Assembly: GCA_964016885.1 (NCBI GenBank)
Contig: OZ024741.1
Location: forward strand, 186,992,001 to 187,056,000
Length of the DNA: 64,000 bases
Direction: 5' to 3'
From: Eledone cirrhosa
Taxonomy: Eukaryota
The notes below the pieces were generated by a model that worked only from the letters and a program-made list of their open reading frames with translations, was not told the DNA's origin and did no database searches. Shown here one piece after another: positions 58,939-64,000 of this stretch. The position numbers were made by a program, and so were the translations under genes. The stretch's first letter is position 1. Each line of letters starts with the position of its first letter.

Positions 58939-59071
58939 TAGAAGGGGTATTTAATTTGTTGGAAGTCCGACAAATATAAATGTTTATAACTGATTTAGAG
59001 CACTCAACAGTAATTGGAGTAAATATTCAATGATATTAAATAAATGGAAACTATATTTATAAAACCATATT

Positions 59072-59134
59072 TATTTTATTATATATATTTCAAGGGTACC
59101 AAGACACATTGGTACGCTTTCATCAGATAAAATA
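59072..59134 (-). ncRNA. Minimal type I hammerhead ribozyme
   Basis: - strand: TATTTTAT-CTGATGA-AAG-C-GTACCA-ATGTGTCT-TGGTAC-C-CTT-GAAATATATATA-ATAAAATA. Perfect 8-bp stem I. Confidence 0.8.
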
Positions 59135-59200
59135 CAAAGTTTGTTTTATAAATAGAGACATAGCCATGAAAATCATACCTTATCGGTTGGATATTCACTG

Positions 59201-59608
59201 GATAGACTATCCAATGAATATCCAATCGATAAGGTATGATTTTCATGGGTATGTCTCTATTTATAAAAGATAGACTATCCAATGAATATCCAATCGATAA
59301 GGTATGATTTTCATGGGTATGTCTCTATTTATAAAAGATAGACTATCCAGTGAATATCCAATCGATAAGGTATGATTTTCATGGGTATGTCTCTATTTAT
59401 AAAAGATAGACTATCCAGTGAATATCCAATCGATAAGGTATGATTTTCATGGGTATGTCTCTATTTATAAAAGATAGACTATCCAGTGAATATCCAATCG
59501 ATAAGGTATGATTTTCATGGGTATGTCTCTATTTATAAAAGATAGACTATCCAGTGAATATCCAATCGATAAGGTATGATTTTCATGGGTATGTCTGTAT
59601 TTATAAAA
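59201..59608 (+). repeat. 68-bp tandem repeat x6 at the centre of a fold-back element
   Basis: Units start at 59201, 59269, 59337, 59405, 59473 and 59541. An inverted copy lies at 59144-59205. Confidence 0.92.
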
Positions 59609-59666
59609 CAAACTTTGTATTTTATCTGATGAAAGCGTACCAATGTGTCTTGGTACCCTTGAAATA

Positions 59667-62600
59667 TCTTATATATAAAGTGAAGTTGGGCGTTGTCTGT
59701 TTGTTTGGTGTCCCGAACTTGCAGGCTACACCGTTCATCCGATTTTCATGAATCTTGACACATATATAAAACTCGACCCGTAGATTGGAATAGGCTACAT
59801 GAAATTTTCGAAAAATAGATAATCGGGCCCCCAGAAGCCAAACATCGATATTTTCAAAAATCGTCCGATTTTGATGAAACTCAACGCAAGTGTGTATTTT
59901 TGATCCGGGGATGAACGTGGGCTACATTAAATTTTCGAAAAATCGATAATTGGATCACCAGAGGCAAAATTCGATATTTACGAAATTTGTCCGATTCAAA
60001 TGAAATTTGACGTAGGTATGTATTTTGATGTGGGGATCAACGTGGGGGTACTTGAATAATAATCAGACCCCAGAGGCAACCGAAAAACGCCATTCTTTTT
60101 GCTTCCATTTGTCGCGACTCCCGCCATGCAAAAAAAGTTCGATCTATCAGGATTATCCACCGTAAGTCTCTTTAAATTAACGCTCACCATATTCAGCAAA
60201 CCTTTTATGCCGATTCTTCCATTTCTTATATAAGGACTATCAAGACTATACCGCCACGCATCATCCTGTATTGCGCCCAGTCTTCTCAAGCGATCATCGA
60301 GCCTTCATGCGCTCTCTTCATTCCCGTGGTCCCACTACCGTAGTATAATGAAGCATCCGTCAACCCCTGCCCTCTCCCTTCCCTGCACGCCGTCGACCCA
60401 CTGCATCGTTGTGCATCACCATGCGCATCTCTGCTTTGTCAGCCACAATTCATTCCCCGGCCCTTTCCATTGCCTGCCCTCTATGGTCCCTAAGGACTGC
60501 CACGGCTCAACATGCCGAATCCCTGCCACCGTCCACCCCTGCCCATTTCCATTGCCTACACTCCGTGAGAGCTCAAGACTGCCATGCCTGACCAAGCCGC
60601 ATCCCTGCCACCGTCAAGCCCTGCCATCTCCCTTCCCTGCACGCCGTTATCCCACTGCATCGTCATACCTCACCATGCCGCATTACTGCCTTGTCGGCCA
60701 CCATCTCTCCTCAGCCCTTTCTTTTGCCTGCCCGCCGTGCTCCTTCAAGACTGCCATGTCTAACCAAGCAGCATCCCTGCCACCATCAAGTCCTGCCCTC
60801 TCCTTTCCCTGCAAACCGTCGTCCCACTGCATCGTCATGCCTCACCATGCCGCATCCATGCTCTGTCAGCCGCCATGCCCTCCCCTTCCCTCTCCCTTAC
60901 CCGCACGCCTTGGTCCTTCACGAGTGCCATGGCTCACCATGTGGAATACCTGCAACCGTCAATCCCGGCCATCTCTCTTCCCTGCACGCCGTCGATACAC
61001 TCACTGCATCGTTATGCCTCACCATGCCGCATCCATGATCTGTCAGCCGTCATCCCCTCCTCAGCCTTTTATTTTGTCTGACCGCCGTGCTCCTTCAAGA
61101 GCACGTGCTCCTTCAAGACCGCCATGCTCCTTCAAGACTGCCATGCCTAACCAAGCCGTTCCCTGCCACCGTCAACCCCTGCCCTCTTTCCCTTGCCCGC
61201 ACGCCTTGGTCCCTCACAACTGCCATGGCTCACCATGCGGCATTCCTGCCCTGTCAGCAACTTGCTCAAATGTCATCAGCATGGTTTATTCCTGCGCCGC
61301 ACATAACCGCCCATTATCTCAGACCAAAGACAGCACCGAACATGAAGACGATCCTGTGTAAGTCTTTTTACATTCATTTTGACCATATTTAACAAAATTA
61401 AACAAAAATTCATCCCTTTCTCCTCCAAAGCCTACCGATCATGTATGGCCGATAAACATCTTGCTTGCACCCGGTTTTCTCAAACAATCATCGTGCCTCC
61501 CGGTGCTCTCTTCATTCCGGAGGTGCAAGTCAATTGGCATGCCGCATCCACGCCCTGTCAGCCACAATGCACCCTACCCTTTCGTCATGCCTCATCATGT
61601 TGCATCCCTGCCCTGTCAGCCGCCATCCACTCCCCGACCCTTTCCACTGCCTAGGCATGGCAGTCTTGAGGGGAAGTCGTACTGCATCATCATGCATCAC
61701 CATGCCGCATCAATGCTCTGTCAGCCGCCATCCCCTCCTCGGCCCTTTCTTTTGCCTGCCCGCAGTGCTCCTTCAAGACTGCCATGGCTCACCATGCGGC
61801 ATTCTTGCCACCATCCACCCCTTCCCTCTTCCTTGCCTGCTGGCCGTCGTCCCACTGCATCGTCATGCCTCAGGATGCCGCATCCATGCACTGTCAGCCA
61901 CCATCTCCTCCTCGGCCCTTTATTTTGCCTGACCGCCGTACTCCTTCAAGTCTCCCATGGCTATCTATGCCGCATCAATTCCTTGCCACCCGCTTAAACG
62001 TCATCAGCATGGCTTATTGTTGCCCCATTTGACCACCGATTTTTCGCAGGCTAAACACAATACCAACGTGCACGATAGTCCATGGTAAATCTTTTTAATT
62101 ACATGTTCATCATGCTAAGCAAAGGATGAATAGCAACTCTTTCATTTCTCCTGACATGCCTTTCTGTCAATTATGGCCGAGAAGCATCCTGTGTAGCATC
62201 GCGTCTTCTCAAACGATCAGCGTGCCTTCCTCACAATTGACTCACAACGCCGCATCTATTCCCTGCGACGCCCCTAAACATCATCAGCATGGCTTATTTT
62301 TCTGCCGCGTTTAACCGGCCCTCATTCTAGGCCATAAACAACAAAACCGCACGATGATGTTGCGTAAGTCAATCCTTCCTCTTCCCCTCCAAGGCATATC
62401 CATTACATCTTAGAGGTCGGGATTCGCAATTTCTACGATTTCAATATTGACACAACAGTCCGTCAGGTTTTTCGGCACATGTTGCTCCGACAGGAATATC
62501 AACGTGATTTTTACTTAATTCGTAAGTGTTCGGTCTTCCGTATGCTTTTATTTTTTATTGATGCAACACCGACTACAATCATCTAACTTCACTTTGTAGG

Positions 62601-63744
62601 CTAGACGAGAATCACAAGGAAAACAATCCTCTGATATACAACCCCACCAAATTCTTTGGTCTACCTATATTTCAATGGCTATATCCTTTGCTTTTGTACG
62701 GTTGTACATTTGACAATGTCGCAAAACATTATTCCACTTGATTCTTACCTCTAAGCTAGGAATTGGGCAGTGCCTTAAAATCCCTGTTTATTTGCGTGCA
62801 ATTTTTTGGTATCTTATGAATGGAGAATCGAAAACCCTTCTTCTCATAACCTGATACATACGTTACACATGCTCTATGGATGTTTGTGGACTATTTTTTC
62901 AAAATACCAATATCACAGATTGGAGCACAAAAAGAAACGTTTGTTCTTCATTTATTTCGGTTAAAGCATCCTGCTGGAATTTAGCGAAGACCCGTTTAAA
63001 TCCAGCGCCTTATAACCCCGAGTGTAACCGGGTACACCAGCTAGAAAGACAAATGGAAACATTGTTTCCTCGGTCCGATTTGACGAAAGTCGATTTAGTT
63101 CCACAACAAATTAACAAACCATACTTGAAGACATGTTGAGGCTGTTGCAAAGGGCAATAACCCTAGACACAATTTTGATCAACTTTTTTTCACCTATAGA
63201 AAATTTACTGGGACAGCTTTTTAGCTATTCAAATCTACTTCAGAGGTCACGCATTCATGTAAAAAAATCAATAAAACTGAAGCGGGGGTTCGACTTTGCG
63301 CAAAAAGCAAGGCAAAGTTGCACATGGGAAAACTTTTTACAGGAACGTCTGATTTTTTTGAAAACTGTCGCAAAAGACTCGTCATTATGCCGCGGTTTAG
63401 ATAAAGTCCCTTTTATTTCTTCTTCTGCACATGTGAGCGCGAAAATTGTAAAAAAAAAAAAACTTTGAAAAAATCGACTTTTTCACCCTGCTTTAAAAAT
63501 CAACTGAAAATTCAATTTCAAGTGAATTTGACTTCCGTCAGTCTTGCAAAGAACAATTTCAACGATACACTGTGAACCTACAATTGATCCATTATTTATG
63601 CCCAATTACACACCTGCGTCTATTAACCTCTGTTTTTTTTCCTTGAGGTTCGAAGGTTTTTACACCTGTGATGCGCGGGAAGTAAATTTCACACATTTTA
63701 ACAACAGAGCAAAGTACCCGGGCAACGCCGGGTACTTCTGCCAG
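59667..63744 (+). mobile_element. Non-autonomous Helitron (about 4.1 kb) with an internal GC-rich minisatellite
   Basis: 5' end A|TCTTATATATAAAG. 3' end GTACCCGGGCAACGCCGGGTAC hairpin then TTCTGCCAG|T. Removing it rejoins the interrupted hammerhead module. Confidence 0.8.
60300..62350. repeat. Diverged C-rich higher-order tandem repeat inside the Helitron
   Basis: Recurrent CCACTGCATCGTCATGCCTCACCATGCCGCATCC and TCCTTCAAGACTGCCATG motifs, in blocks ending near 61450, 62150 and 62390. Confidence 0.8.
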
Positions 63745-64000
63745 TATATAATATAAAATAAATATGGTTTTATAAATATAGTTTCCATTTATTTAATATC
63801 ATTGTATATATATATATATATATATATACTATAACCAGGGAAGGGCATAAAATATAATACAACAAACGATATTATCTGTGTGTGTGAGTGTGTGTGTGTG
63901 TGCGTGTGCGTGTGTGTGTGTTTGTTTGTGTGTGTATACATTTGTTGTTTGCGTGTGTTTATTTATTTGTGTAGTCTAGTTTAAATGGCGCATATATTTT

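Noticed and set aside
59201-59608. CRISPR-like array
   Set aside because: The units are contiguous and near-identical with no unique spacers, there are no cas genes, and the context is eukaryotic.
60348-61997. 337-aa and 178-aa Pro/Cys/His-rich ORFs
   Set aside because: They arise from a C-rich minisatellite inside a Helitron, are open in several frames and show no domain motifs.

Overview
AT-rich, microsatellite-dense eukaryotic intergenic or intronic DNA. A cephalopod (octopod) source is likely, judging by the tRNA-derived SINEs and the R4/Dong, RTE and Penelope content; this is an inference. No host protein-coding gene can be supported, and nearly all ORFs in the track are translations of microsatellites. 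Recognisable content: three R4/Dong-type RLE LINE copies embedded in (TACA)n, a Tx1-type LINE 3' end in (GATA)n, CRE and Vingi-like fragments, an internally deleted mariner, bipartite RTE-derived non-autonomous elements, several non-autonomous Helitrons, about 17 SINEs, and a Penelope GIY-YIG fragment with inverted pseudo-LTRs. The strongest signal is a set of short elements, unrelated in sequence and mostly sitting in (TA)n tracts, that each carry a minimal type I hammerhead ribozyme (stem I, CUGANGA, stem II, GAAA, palindromic stem III, UH, stem I). They occur as fold-back palindromes and tandem arrays. One example is a 310-bp, highly structured, retrozyme-like tandem plus inverted array at 32214-33295. 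All folds and coordinates were read by eye and need computational confirmation.
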